A DNA stretch of 64,000 nucleotides from Pelagomonas calceolata. Its lineage: Eukaryota. The stretch is from assembly GCA_918797485.1 (NCBI GenBank), contig CAKKNE010000005.1:5208001-5272000 (forward strand), written 5' to 3'. Position numbers and translations under genes: made by a program. The first letter of the stretch is position 1. Every line of letters begins with the position of its first letter. This document shows, piece after piece, positions 63,231-64,000 of this stretch. The notes below the pieces were generated by a model that saw only the letters and a list, made by a program, of their open reading frames with translations, searched no databases and was not told where the DNA came from.

Positions 63231-63244
63231 CTAGTAGTAGTTAT

Positions 63245-64000
63245 TCAGGGGGACGCGGGCGTCCGTTCGCTCGTGTTGGCCAGCGCCGCCTTCATCAACT
63301 GGTCGACGCCGCCGCCGTCCACACTTGAAACGGCCTCGCAGGCCGCTCTAAGTAATCCCCGCTCCTGCACAGCCGCGCGCGCCACGGCCGCTGCGTTCTT
63401 CCCTTCCGAAACAGCGGCGAAGGCCAAGCGCTGCGCCGCGCCCGCCGTCGCGGCGAGGTCGCGCATTCGCGCGTCCCGTTTTTCCGCTGCGGCGCCCTTG
63501 CCGACGTAGCACGGCGCCTTGCGCGGCACGCGGCGCGCGACGGCCCGCACGATCGGGAGGAGACCCGACGCGGCGGCGGCCGCGTCCACGTCCGAATTAC
63601 CGTCGCCGCCCTTGAGCAGCGCCGCCGAGACCATGGAGAGGGCCTCGTCACCGTTCGCGGCGACCTCTATGAGTTTCGCGTCCGCCTCGGATACGGCACT
63701 CTGCGGCGCCGGCCAGAGGCGCAATGCACCGTCGGCCGTGGCCGTCGCGACGCGTTGGCGCGCCCGCCGCTCACCGTACGCGTCCAAGCCCAAGGCGGCT
63801 TCGTCGACGGCCACGCCCACGACGCGCCCGCCGGTGCGCGCGCAGTTTAGCGCATGCACCAAACCGCCCCTATCATCATTATCGCCGAGGGCCCAGCATC
63901 GACAAGAACCATCCTGCGACGCGGTCCAGGCCGACGACCCGTCCGCCGCGACCGCGATCTGGACGACGGCGCCGCGGTGGCCGGCGCCCGGGAGCTCGGC
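63245..64000 (-). CDS. WD40-repeat protein, 3' part (runs off the window)
   Basis: GHRGAVV..TASQDGSCRCW and TATADGALRLW in an open frame ending at 63245. Confidence 0.75.
   Translation of the reverse strand, partial: AELPGAGHRGAVVQIAVAADGSSAWTASQDGSCRCWALGDNDDRGGLVHALNCARTGGRVVGVAVDEAALGLDAYGERRARQRVATATADGALRLWPAPQSAVSEADAKLIEVAANGDEALSMVSAALLKGGDGNSDVDAAAAASGLLPIVRAVARRVPRKAPCYVGKGAAAEKRDARMRDLAATAGAAQRLAFAAVSEGKNAAAVARAAVQERGLLRAACEAVSSVDGGGVDQLMKAALANTSERTPASP

Noticed and set aside
313..63651. Hundreds of long overlapping Arg/Ala/Pro-rich ORFs in the track
   Set aside because: Expected shadow frames of high-GC coding DNA; no family motifs

Overview
Gene-dense, high-GC eukaryotic nuclear DNA with short intergenic gaps and few introns. 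Many proteins carry signal+ASAF-type plastid presequences, and the intron style suggests a pelagophyte alga (Pelagomonas/Aureococcus-like; this is an inference). About 47 protein genes or fragments are supported, several rebuilt by manual splicing. Highlights: (1) a nucleus-encoded, plastid-targeted zinc-free L36 that resembles the cryptophyte/haptophyte plastid rpl36-c type; (2) a 23-24 bp GCTAGTGTCTTACnnnnCGCTAGC element found at least 14 times, always shortly upstream of start codons; (3) seven introner elements with CTGTGTGGAAATCAA-type terminal inverted repeats (TIRs) whose splice donor lies exactly 8 nt before the TIR; (4) a compact minus-strand tRNA cluster including a tRNA-Ala with A3-C70 in place of G3-U70; (5) a one-end-conserved dispersed repeat next to the upstream element; (6) head-to-head RBM8A(Y14) and EIF4A3; (7) an internally inverted RINGv/TPR pseudogene and an ATG-less Cys-rich frame missing from the ORF track. 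All family calls come from motif recognition by eye; no searches were run.
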